Shown: positions 17,279-26,277 of the stretch, one piece after another
How positions within the stretch are numbered: position 1 is the first letter of the stretch
Layout: every line of letters begins with the position of its first letter
IMG/VR virus record: IMGVR_UViG_3300032053_000004
Location: 32,001 to 96,000 of that record
Strand: one strand, 5' to 3'
From: a virus
Taxonomy: Duplodnaviria; Caudoviricetes
Length of the DNA: 64,000 nt
The notes under the pieces: model-generated
What the model was told of the DNA's origin: nothing
The model's database searches: none
The model's input: only the letters and a program-made list of their open reading frames with translations
Made by a program: the position numbers and the translations under genes

Positions 17279-18567
17279 ATCAAGACTTACATCCTATTGA
17301 AGTTAGCATACAAAATTACCAATCTATAGATAACCTTAATTTTGAAATATACGGATTCACGTGTATTACCGGAAAATCTAATATTGGTAAAAGTGCCATT
17401 GTTAGAGCTATTTCTTCAGCTTTAGTAAACAACCCTGTTGTCGGTGCAGTCAGAAAGGGTGCTTCTTTTTGTTCTGTTTTAGTTCGTTCTAATGATTGGG
17501 AACTTATTTGGGAGAAAAGTGAAAAAGGATCTGGAAAGTATCTCGTTAACGGAAAATCATATGATAAAGTTGGTCAAGGTCAGATAGAACCAGTTCAAAG
17601 TTTAGGGTTTAAATCTGTTAAAGTAGGGAGCAAAAACACTTATCCTTGGTTGGCTTCTCAATTTTCTCCTATATTCTTGTTGGATGAATCCGGCCCGGCC
17701 ATAACTGACTTCATTTCTGAAGTATCTCGTTTAAATGTTCTTCAAAATTCGATCTCAATCAGTTTAAAAGGGAAAAAGAGTGCACTCGATGAAGCTAGGA
17801 TTAAGACACTTGATGTTCAAATCGCAAAAGATAAAATATCATCTTTAAATAAACTCGATGATTTAATAAATTTAGGTTTGGACCTTGAGGCTCAAGCCAA
17901 TTCTATTAGAGAGTATGAGAGCAAAATCCTTTCAGGTCAATCGTTTATTGAAAAAATCAGTTCTCATTCTAACAAAGTTAACTCGTTATCCAGTATTGAC
18001 GGTGTTAATGTTCCTGACGATAAAATAACTCCTCTTTTTGATTATTATTTTAAAGTCCATTCCCTTTGGAAGTTGATAGATAGCGCAGCGAATAAAGTTA
18101 TTTCTATTAGGAACGGATCTAAATTAATTATTCCTGATTTGCTGGAAAAAGAGTATGACACTTTCAAGTCTGTTCAAAGATTTGAAGGATATACTGATTT
18201 AAAACAATCGGTTTCTGATTTAGACAAGTCTATGGTCATTCCTGATTTAAATTTAAATCAGGAATTTGATGAATTTAAATCTATGTCAAATCTAAATGAC
18301 AAAATCAGAGTTGTTGCTGAATCTATCATTTTCTTAAATAAGAAACTCGACGTACCTGAATCGGATGCTGATTTTGATAATTTTTCTAAGATGTCAGTCT
18401 TAAATGGAAAAATTAAAGATATCACCGATGAAATGGACGATTTGTGTTCCTCGTTTAACACTTTTGATTTTGAGTTGAAAAATTTGGAAGAAGAAATTTC
18501 TAAAATACCCTCCTGTCCATCTTGTGGTAGACCTGTATCAGATAGTCATTCAACCCACGCTTCGTAA
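17275..18567 (+). CDS. SbcC/Rad50 ATPase, N-terminal half (Walker A, coiled coil, CxxC hook at the C-terminus)
   Basis: IQNYQS, ITGKSNIGKSA, Q-loop SQF, ends CPSCGRP; no Walker B. Confidence 0.8.
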   Translation: MNQDLHPIEVSIQNYQSIDNLNFEIYGFTCITGKSNIGKSAIVRAISSALVNNPVVGAVRKGASFCSVLVRSNDWELIWEKSEKGSGKYLVNGKSYDKVGQGQIEPVQSLGFKSVKVGSKNTYPWLASQFSPIFLLDESGPAITDFISEVSRLNVLQNSISISLKGKKSALDEARIKTLDVQIAKDKISSLNKLDDLINLGLDLEAQANSIREYESKILSGQSFIEKISSHSNKVNSLSSIDGVNVPDDKITPLFDYYFKVHSLWKLIDSAANKVISIRNGSKLIIPDLLEKEYDTFKSVQRFEGYTDLKQSVSDLDKSMVIPDLNLNQEFDEFKSMSNLNDKIRVVAESIIFLNKKLDVPESDADFDNFSKMSVLNGKIKDITDEMDDLCSSFNTFDFELKNLEEEISKIPSCPSCGRPVSDSHSTHAS

Positions 18568-18596
18568 ATTTAAATATTTTCTAAATATCATGTTTA

Positions 18597-19004
18597 ATGG
18601 GTTTCTTAATTAAAGAAAATTTATTATCAATATTTATTGATAATAAGATGGAAGGTGTTTTAAAGGTCAATTTGACTTTTAAAAATAACTCTCGTGTTTG
18701 TATTGCCGTTTATGACGGAATATCCATAGAACAAGCTGTTAATGTTACCGGTGATGTATCTTATAACCGGATGGAATTCATCAACAGTATTGCTAATGAA
18801 GTTAGCGACATCTGTGTAACCATTCTTGGGAGTGCAAATATAGCACTTCTTTCTGACCATGCAGAAAAAGAGTTTTTGTCTAAATGGGAGAAAGTCATAT
18901 TCTTTAATATAGTAAAAAGTTATTCTTTACATGAAAAAGTTTCTTATGAAGATGCAATTCAGGTTGTTAACGAGCTATACTCTATTCCAGTAATAGATGG
19001 ATAA
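18597..19004 (+). CDS. hypothetical protein with C-terminal tag (LYSIPVIDG)
   Basis: ORF track. Confidence 0.6.
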   Translation: MGFLIKENLLSIFIDNKMEGVLKVNLTFKNNSRVCIAVYDGISIEQAVNVTGDVSYNRMEFINSIANEVSDICVTILGSANIALLSDHAEKEFLSKWEKVIFFNIVKSYSLHEKVSYEDAIQVVNELYSIPVIDG

Positions 19005-19218
19005 TGTAAAGTGTTTTATGTTAACAAAACCTGTTATTGAATATACTGAAACTGAGTTATTTTCTATTTTAAATTCTGTTTCTAATGAAATTAAACGAAG
19101 AAATATTTTACTTGGATCTCCTAAAACTGCAAATAGTCCTAGTATTAATCTTCAAGAGAGTTTAAAAGTTCTCGTTGAAGTATTAGGTCCAGCTCTTCAA
19201 AATCTACAAAAGAAATGA
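18997..19218 (+). CDS. hypothetical protein
   Basis: ORF track, overlap-coupled. Confidence 0.55.
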   Translation: MDNVKCFMLTKPVIEYTETELFSILNSVSNEIKRRNILLGSPKTANSPSINLQESLKVLVEVLGPALQNLQKK

Positions 19219-19225
19219 GGCATAC

Positions 19226-19606
19226 TTGTCCGATCTTTCTCAGAATGGCAGTTGTGTTAAGATCATAGGTCCGGGGCCTGATCCTCAAGAGTTTACTCTA
19301 ACTTTCGATGGAGAGTTTTTATTTAAATATGGGCCGGAACGAGATATTGAAATAATTAATATTTTCTGGCATATTCTTGCGATCCAACCAGATGTTTTTT
19401 ATGTGAAAGATAATCCTTTAATCACTATCAGTTCCGGTAATCATTCTGATGGAACCGGAGGATCTTCTGTAGAAATTACAGATGGAAAATTTAAAACTAT
19501 AGGCTGTGTTGATACTGAACGCAGCAATGCGTTTTGGTCTGCTATAGCAGACAATTATTCTCAGTTTATTGATACTTTATTGACTAAAGACGTGGTTGAT
19601 GCTTAG
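19226..19606 (+). CDS. hypothetical protein with C-terminal tag (LLTKDVVDA)
   Basis: GAGG RBS, TTG start. Confidence 0.6.
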   Translation: MSDLSQNGSCVKIIGPGPDPQEFTLTFDGEFLFKYGPERDIEIINIFWHILAIQPDVFYVKDNPLITISSGNHSDGTGGSSVEITDGKFKTIGCVDTERSNAFWSAIADNYSQFIDTLLTKDVVDA

Positions 19607-19659
19607 AAGTTTTATGGATTGGGTTTCATTTTTTTTTAGTATCAAGGCAATATGCGCAT

Positions 19660-20139
19660 TCAATCGACGCTCAGTTCAACAGATTTAATCGGAGCGTTCA
19701 TTTCTTTTTCATGATTTACTATGTTATTTAACGAAATTCCTAATTGAGCTCTGGCTTCTTCTAGAAGTTTAACTGTTCTGATTAATGTTTCTTTATCGTA
19801 GTTAAAATCCCAATCTTCATAATGTCTCTTCATTGCATTTTGAGCATCTTTAATTGCTCGCATTGTTTCAACAGGGCCGATACGGTCTATTTCTATGTCT
19901 CTTAATGTTGAATAACATGTCCAGCCCTTTCTATGATAATACTGTGAGTGTTCCTTTTTCGGGTTTTCATCTATTCGGGCCATGGCTTTAATTCTGACCC
20001 AATCCATATACTTTAGACGTTTTTCAGTCATAACGCTTTTTGGTATTATGACTGCTACTTCGTCCTCTTCACATTCTATTGTCCCATCGAACATAATTTG
20101 TCCATATGGAATCGATATCGGATAATCTATTAATGACAT
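19660..20139 (-). CDS. hypothetical protein
   Basis: TAAAAT 5 nt before ATG on minus strand. Confidence 0.65.
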   Translation of the reverse strand: MSLIDYPISIPYGQIMFDGTIECEEDEVAVIIPKSVMTEKRLKYMDWVRIKAMARIDENPKKEHSQYYHRKGWTCYSTLRDIEIDRIGPVETMRAIKDAQNAMKRHYEDWDFNYDKETLIRTVKLLEEARAQLGISLNNIVNHEKEMNAPIKSVELSVD

Positions 20140-20471
20140 TTTTGATTTTACACTCGAGAAAGTTCTCGCACCATCAAAAAGCTAATTTCCAATCAACAGT
20201 CCAGTGTTCTTTTTCGGTTAGATTTTCATCGAGTCTTTTAAGTATGAGGCAAATCCTCTGGAGCCCTGAAAAAGGTGAATGTAGTTGTTGCGGGAGTCGC
20301 AATAGTTGCATACGTCGGTTTACTTCTGAGAATATTCACTTCATGTACTGTGTTGTGTGTTGGAATCATGTTCAGGATGATGTAGAGTTCAGTTCTGGAG
20401 ATTGGTCTAGTAGCGAAGCTGTAATTTTTGAAATAGATGGAAATCCACAAGAATCTTGGGTCTGGAACTGA
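20106..20471 (+). CDS. probable zinc-ribbon hypothetical protein (CSCC..CVVC)
   Basis: ORF track; true start probably internal (MRQILW). Confidence 0.45.
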   Translation: MESISDNLLMTFLILHSRKFSHHQKANFQSTVQCSFSVRFSSSLLSMRQILWSPEKGECSCCGSRNSCIRRFTSENIHFMYCVVCWNHVQDDVEFSSGDWSSSEAVIFEIDGNPQESWVWN

Positions 20472-21120
20472 AAAATATCGTCCGAATTTAGACGACGGGC
20501 CATCATCCTACTTTCAAAAAGCTGAAATATTCGCGAAAGAGTTTTATTCTGAAGAGTTGACTCGTATTTCTTCAACGAAATTTGAATCAGTTAGTCCTGA
20601 TTTCTTTTTTCGAGAATATATTTGGGTAGTTCATGCTACTGGCTTTTCTGCAAAAGCTGTCGGAAAATTTTTCGACAAACTTTTAAATGCTTATGGTTCA
20701 TATGCTATTTTAGCAAATGAAGATTTTTCTACTGCTTGGTCTCGAATTCAGCCTGTTTGTAATAATAAACTAAAGGCTTCTTCTATCCATAAGATGGCGA
20801 AGTTGATGACTTCTGAATTTTCCGATTGGGGAACTTTTAAATCAACCAGACTGATCTCTCCACAAACTCTTGCACAACTTCCACATGTAGGACCAGTTAC
20901 TTGTTTTCATTTAGCCAGGAATATTGGAATACTTGATTGTGTAAAGCCTGATCTTCATTTAGTTCGTATGGCTGAACACTGGGGTTTTAAAGATTGTGAT
21001 GAAATGTGTTTGAGTATTCAAAAAGAGTATGATTATCCTCTAGGAATCATAGACTTGATTTTATGGTATTCAGCCAGTACGTTTGGAACTTTAGAGATAA
21101 AGAAAGACGGTCAACGATGA
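20437..21120 (+). CDS. HhH-GPD superfamily DNA glycosylase-like protein
   Basis: LAQLPHVGPVTC HhH motif, VKPDLHLVR. Confidence 0.65.
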   Translation: MEIHKNLGSGTEKYRPNLDDGPSSYFQKAEIFAKEFYSEELTRISSTKFESVSPDFFFREYIWVVHATGFSAKAVGKFFDKLLNAYGSYAILANEDFSTAWSRIQPVCNNKLKASSIHKMAKLMTSEFSDWGTFKSTRLISPQTLAQLPHVGPVTCFHLARNIGILDCVKPDLHLVRMAEHWGFKDCDEMCLSIQKEYDYPLGIIDLILWYSASTFGTLEIKKDGQR

Positions 21121-21815
21121 AACATTATATCATTGCCTTTTCCGGGTATTCTGGTGTTGGTAAAGACGAATGCTCCGGTCAATTAGTTAGATCGTATAAT
21201 GCTATCCATACTGGTCTTGCTGATCCTGGGAAAAGACATATGGCTGACACTTATGGATGGACTGAGGAACAACTTTTCGGTCCTAGTCATTTTAGAAATG
21301 TTGGGGATATGAAATACCCTAAATTTGAAGAAATACTCCCTGGTGTTGAAGAAGGGGACCCGAAATATTATTTATCTCCTAGGGAAGCCCTTCAAAAATA
21401 TATGGGTCTCATGAATGATCTTTATCCGAATACCTGGATACAAAAAGGTGTTTATATCCATCATCAATTGGGTATAGGTGACTGTTTATATACTAGAATG
21501 GGTGGTCTTAAAATTTCATACTCAGTAATAAAAAGAAATGAGCCCGGAAAAATTTTTACGACTTTTTCAGATTTTAGGCACAAAAATGAAATATCCTATT
21601 TGAGAAAACATGGGCCTGATTCTCCGGCTAAAGTAGAGACTATCCCTATAATTGTTAGGGTCAAACGTCCATCTATACCAAATCCCCCATATGATCATCG
21701 ATCTGAAGTTGAACAATCAACTATTCCAGACTCTGAATTTGATTTTGTTATAAATAATGATTCGACTTTGGAAGAATTATATCGAAAGGTTGACGGAATA
21801 GTATCATCCCTATAA
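21117..21815 (+). CDS. deoxynucleoside monophosphate kinase
   Basis: FSGYSGVGKDE P-loop, REALQ, DFRHKNE, HRSE; ATGA coupling at 21117. Confidence 0.8.
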   Translation: MKHYIIAFSGYSGVGKDECSGQLVRSYNAIHTGLADPGKRHMADTYGWTEEQLFGPSHFRNVGDMKYPKFEEILPGVEEGDPKYYLSPREALQKYMGLMNDLYPNTWIQKGVYIHHQLGIGDCLYTRMGGLKISYSVIKRNEPGKIFTTFSDFRHKNEISYLRKHGPDSPAKVETIPIIVRVKRPSIPNPPYDHRSEVEQSTIPDSEFDFVINNDSTLEELYRKVDGIVSSL

Positions 21816-21838
21816 TAACCGTTTTTTCTTTCATTTAA

Positions 21839-22693
21839 TTGATGTTCACTCGTATATCAACGATCATTGAATTTGAAAAAATCTTTAAGTGGCTTAAAGA
21901 TAATCGTTGGAATCCTCAGAAAGAAAATGATGCCATAACTGGCACATACGGGAATCTTATTGAATTAGAAATTAAGTATTCTTATGAAGTTGAAATTCAT
22001 AGTATAGATGACCCATCAGACTCAGAATCTGGAGAAAATATTGAAGATCCTGTTGAATTTATCACTGAATTTGTTGGAGGAGGAGCATTGGGTGAAGAGT
22101 TATTAAAGAAGCTCCATTCTTCAAGTCCTGAAAACATTTCATATGTCCTTAATAGATTAGCTTCAAGAATAAATGAATTTTCAAAGAAAGAATTTTCGAG
22201 AGTATTAAAATTTGTTTTAGCTTCTTTAAATAAATTTCCGCCTGTTAGAATATCTACTTCTGATTTTAAAAAGCATCTTGAATCTATGAAAAATAAGCTC
22301 GAAGGAAAAGGGTGGGACGTTAAAGAAGTTTATGGGTCATTAGTTATAAACGTCGGAGATGTTTTTGAGGCTACTATTAAACCTGATGGATATATGTATT
22401 ATGTTGGTTTAACAAAGGACGAGGATGTTCATGAGATGGGGTTTTCAACCAATCCTCTTGAAAAGATAGAAAACTTCATGGGGTCCGACGAAGTTAACGA
22501 TACACGAGGAGCTCCTACTATTCCACCTCGTGGTTCTAAGCCCAAGGAAACCCCGTCCAAGGGCGAGGAAGCCCCATCTAAGAAAAAGGCGGAGCCTCCG
22601 CCTCTAAGACGTGCTCCGGATTTGGAAAGTGCTCGTTTGAAACGTTCCGAACTCCCTGAAATCAAAACCCCGAAATTTAAAGATAGAGAATAA
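21839..22693 (+). CDS. probable virion/prohead protein with internal KPSQV-like module and Pro/Lys-rich tail
   Basis: SPENISYVLNRLASRINEFSKKEFSRVLKFVLASL resembles the KPSQV leader. Confidence 0.6.
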   Translation: MMFTRISTIIEFEKIFKWLKDNRWNPQKENDAITGTYGNLIELEIKYSYEVEIHSIDDPSDSESGENIEDPVEFITEFVGGGALGEELLKKLHSSSPENISYVLNRLASRINEFSKKEFSRVLKFVLASLNKFPPVRISTSDFKKHLESMKNKLEGKGWDVKEVYGSLVINVGDVFEATIKPDGYMYYVGLTKDEDVHEMGFSTNPLEKIENFMGSDEVNDTRGAPTIPPRGSKPKETPSKGEEAPSKKKAEPPPLRRAPDLESARLKRSELPEIKTPKFKDRE

Positions 22694-22728
22694 TTGTAAA
22701 TTTAACTTTCTAGGTAGTAACAATAGAT

Positions 22729-23127
22729 ATGAATAGATATGAAGCAAACGTAGAAAATGGTTTTCTAAATTTATCTTTTGATAAATTTTTGTCTACAGAA
22801 ATCGTTTCTTTGCTCAAAAAGAGTATTAAATATCACTCTGATTACGATCCTATCATTTTTGGATATATCCCGCAACCGGATCATAGTGTAGAATATATGG
22901 ACCAGATTTTTAGATTAAGTCGCATGGCTTACGAGTTGATGATAACAAATAAAATTTCTAATATGTCTGAAAAAGATGTGGAAATTCTCATGAATTTAAA
23001 AATTCATTCTGATTGGACTAAGAATCTATCTTACTTTCTAAAAGGTCGGAGTTTGTCTAAAGATTGCAAGCACTATCCGATATTCGCGGATCAAGCCGGA
23101 AAATCTGTACTAGACGTTGTCATTTAG
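22729..23127 (+). CDS. hypothetical protein
   Basis: ORF track. Confidence 0.55.
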   Translation: MNRYEANVENGFLNLSFDKFLSTEIVSLLKKSIKYHSDYDPIIFGYIPQPDHSVEYMDQIFRLSRMAYELMITNKISNMSEKDVEILMNLKIHSDWTKNLSYFLKGRSLSKDCKHYPIFADQAGKSVLDVVI

Positions 23128-23735
23128 GCCGTTTTACTATAAATGGTTTTTTGTCCGGTTCAACTTGGATAGTTATTATCTTGTCAGTTTTTTGAATTTC
23201 CTCAATTTTTTCAATTTTTTCACCAGTTTCATTTACTTTTTTCTGAGTTTCTTTCGCTACCGTATTTGATTCATAAGAAGTAGATATTATTCCTCCAATT
23301 TTTGCTTCTAAATTTTCGAGTCTGTTTAATAATCCTAATTGAAAATACGCGGCTCCAATCACTCCTAACAAAACCAATATTGACTGAATAGTAATTATGC
23401 GTTGAGCGATCAACGTTTTTTTCATCATTACGAGAATTTGATTTAGTGGTTCAATTAGTCGATCGAACGATTCGATAAGTTGAGATTTCGTTTCCATTTT
23501 CTTCTCTTCTTGTCCCATTCTCTTCTTGTCCCATTCCCTCGTTTCTTATTGGAGGGTCTGAAGGTATACTACTCGCTCTTTCGTATACTTCTTGTGAAAT
23601 TGTCTGAAGTTCTTGTCTTAAAGAATCTATATCTAAGATCGTTGATTTAAATCCATTTAATGCTTCATCGAAATTTTTTTCTGAGCTCTTTACTTCTTCA
23701 AGTCCTTTTTTCGTCAAGAATTTCAGGAATTTCAT
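23120..23735 (-). pseudogene. membrane/coiled-coil protein split into two ORFs by a 16-bp tandem duplication
   Basis: TCTTCTTGTCCCATTC at 23505-23520 and 23521-23536; removing one copy fuses 23735.. and ..23120 into one 199-aa frame. Confidence 0.6.
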
Positions 23736-23745
23736 TTCGACACCT

Positions 23746-24081
23746 TTATTTTTTTACAGCATCCCTAACTACACTGTCTATAGTAGATTCAAGTTTATCT
23801 AAAGTTCTTCTTTCATCATCGGTAGCCGTTTTTAAGTTATTTATGGACATTGTCATGTCTTTTATACCATTTTTCCATTCTGTAGCTACTTCTAATAGCG
23901 TTAAAGTCATTTTTTGCTGGTCCTCTACTCTTTTTTCATTTACTTGGTTCCATTTATAAATAGCCCATATGGCAAAAGAACCGACAAGGACTAATAAAGT
24001 CCCCATTACCCCGGTTTTAATTAGTTCTACGGCGGCGTTTTCAACAGAGCTCATTGGGTCGATTGACGGTCCGATAGTCAT
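23746..24081 (-). CDS. single-TM membrane protein (holin-like candidate)
   Basis: GVMGTLLVLVGSFAIWAIY helix then coiled coil. Confidence 0.5.
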   Translation of the reverse strand: MTIGPSIDPMSSVENAAVELIKTGVMGTLLVLVGSFAIWAIYKWNQVNEKRVEDQQKMTLTLLEVATEWKNGIKDMTMSINNLKTATDDERRTLDKLESTIDSVVRDAVKK

Positions 24082-24115
24082 CTAAAATGATTTCCAATTA
24101 GGTTTCTAAAACGTA

Positions 24116-24466
24116 TTGTATTCTATGGCAGCAATACTTGCTATGAGATGTGATAAATGTCTTGTGAAGGAAACTTGTCCTCGGTTTGGATCAAGTCCTC
24201 TCATGATCTTAAATCATCCGCATTTATGTCAAGTAATAGGTGGATATGGGAGAATCCCAATAGATCAAAGCATTCTTTCTGAAGAGTCTAAACAATCATC
24301 CGCCCAGAACGGTCCTTGTTTGACTATTGCAGAAGTCCCGACTTATGATGAAGATTCAGGAAAAGTTCGTTTTGTAATAACTAAAATATTTCATAAACCA
24401 TTTTTAAATGAAAGGGAAAGATCAGATTATCCTGTTCATTTAATATATCCGAAAAGTCCTTCATAA
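24116..24466 (+). CDS. Cys-containing hypothetical protein
   Basis: CDKC...CP...C pattern. Confidence 0.5.
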   Translation: MYSMAAILAMRCDKCLVKETCPRFGSSPLMILNHPHLCQVIGGYGRIPIDQSILSEESKQSSAQNGPCLTIAEVPTYDEDSGKVRFVITKIFHKPFLNERERSDYPVHLIYPKSPS

Positions 24467-25672
24467 AATACTTTGTATTTTACACCATTTCATTTGTTCT
24501 GGAAATAGAACTTTTGATAATTCGTACATTTCGTATACTATTTTTCTATATGAACTATGTCCTTCTGGTTTAATTCGAGTTTCTATTATATGATAGAGTT
24601 CTTTCATATCCATTTGAAATATAGATCTATGTAAATAACCGAGTGGTATCATATACTGAAAATATGTTTGATTATTACAAATCTCTTCGTCTTCATAATT
24701 TGCAACAGACTCTAATGTTTTCTTATATTCAAATTCAAATTCAGACCCTTTAATTTCGTCTGGGACTACATAACCATAATCGATCGTTAGAAGTTCTGAA
24801 AATTTTTCACATCTCCTATGTCTTTGAAGATCTCTAAAAGCCCCATAATCCATCATGCAGTCAAAGCTTATTTTGATTGTTTTAAAAACATCCGGGACTT
24901 GGCCTTCTCTTTTTTCCATCATTTTCGAAAATGATTCCCAACTCATCCCGTACATATCTATCACTTGAGATTCGAATGATTTTGAAATTAACTCCGGGTT
25001 TATTAAGAATGATTTAAAGATATCAACATACCAGTTTGGTTCAGATATGTTAAACTTCGAGCTTAAATTTCCTAAATTTCTTGTCTGAAACAACATGTTA
25101 TTCGGTTTAATCTCAAAAAGATTTTCTAGTATTTTTTTCAATTCACCTCCTATATCGATGAACTCACTGTTTGAATGGCCGAGTAAATTTTCGGCCATTT
25201 CTTTAGCATCTTTTAAATTTAAAGAACATATGACATTAGTTCCTGTTCCGGCAGGTAGTAGATGTCGTACGCTGTCAAACGATTTTAGCTTAACTGCAGG
25301 ATCATCTATGTCTGTTTTCAGTTCCAGTGCGTATTTTTCTGAAATAGAATCATATAACTTTCCATATGAATCATATAATCTTAGTGCAAAATTCTTCATT
25401 GTATCAGGACAACCTGGAGGGACAATGAAATCGTATGAAAATTTTTCTTTTCTAGTGCTTTTTTCTAAATAACTCGGTCTTTGCCAGGATTCTATATACT
25501 TACTTGCTATTATAGATATTCCTTCAATATTCAGAACTATATTTACTAGTTCGTTTATATTATCCAACACCCATTCTTTATTTGACTCAGGTTTTACATA
25601 CCCCATCAATATCTCCATTTGGTTCTTAATGGAGATTATGTTGCCATCATTTGTCAGGCACGATACTTTCAT
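24461..25672 (-). CDS. thyX: tandem-domain ThyX-like flavin-dependent thymidylate synthase
   Basis: EKSTR and RHLLP in N-half; FRDLQRHR, YMIPLGY, R..PEGH.SYR in C-half. Confidence 0.72.
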   Translation of the reverse strand: MKVSCLTNDGNIISIKNQMEILMGYVKPESNKEWVLDNINELVNIVLNIEGISIIASKYIESWQRPSYLEKSTRKEKFSYDFIVPPGCPDTMKNFALRLYDSYGKLYDSISEKYALELKTDIDDPAVKLKSFDSVRHLLPAGTGTNVICSLNLKDAKEMAENLLGHSNSEFIDIGGELKKILENLFEIKPNNMLFQTRNLGNLSSKFNISEPNWYVDIFKSFLINPELISKSFESQVIDMYGMSWESFSKMMEKREGQVPDVFKTIKISFDCMMDYGAFRDLQRHRRCEKFSELLTIDYGYVVPDEIKGSEFEFEYKKTLESVANYEDEEICNNQTYFQYMIPLGYLHRSIFQMDMKELYHIIETRIKPEGHSSYRKIVYEMYELSKVLFPEQMKWCKIQSIL

Positions 25673-26277
25673 TTTTCTCCGGTAGTGTTAACTACATGGA
25701 CCAAGAGTTTCCTTCACTCCAAGATGAAGTTTCTAACATTAAGATTTTACACATGAAGAAACTTCATGTGTTTAAAAATGTCCCTGAATCTTTCCATCCT
25801 TGGGAGTCTAATTTATCCCCTTCAGCGTTATATAACTGTTCGTTGTCTTGTCGAAAACATATGAAAATTAAAACTCCTGAAGTAAAATGGATGAGTATTA
25901 AAAGATGGGTTACGTCAACTCCAAATGGAATAAATCTGCCGGATGGTGTATGTCTTTCTATAAAACGACGCGAATTTTTTATTGCTACTCCAGTCCCGAA
26001 AATTGAAAAACAGGAATTTATTCTTTTGATGTTCCCATACGGGAACGTTTGGAGTCAACGTTCTCTCGATGTTCCAATAGATGAAGATTGGATCTTTTCA
26101 AAGTCCAGTGATGGAAAATTGATTTTAGAATCTTTAATGTTAAAAGACGCTTCTAGACCAATACAAGGTTATTTTGAATCAGTATATAAATATATGACTG
26201 GAAATCCCGATCAAATCGGGATACACATGAAAAGGAAAAAAAGAGCGCAGACTCGGAAAAATCAAATAGGTTTGTGA
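25651..26277 (+). CDS. hypothetical protein
   Basis: ORF track; likely start MDQEFP. Confidence 0.55.
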   Translation: MSGTILSFFSGSVNYMDQEFPSLQDEVSNIKILHMKKLHVFKNVPESFHPWESNLSPSALYNCSLSCRKHMKIKTPEVKWMSIKRWVTSTPNGINLPDGVCLSIKRREFFIATPVPKIEKQEFILLMFPYGNVWSQRSLDVPIDEDWIFSKSSDGKLILESLMLKDASRPIQGYFESVYKYMTGNPDQIGIHMKRKKRAQTRKNQIGL

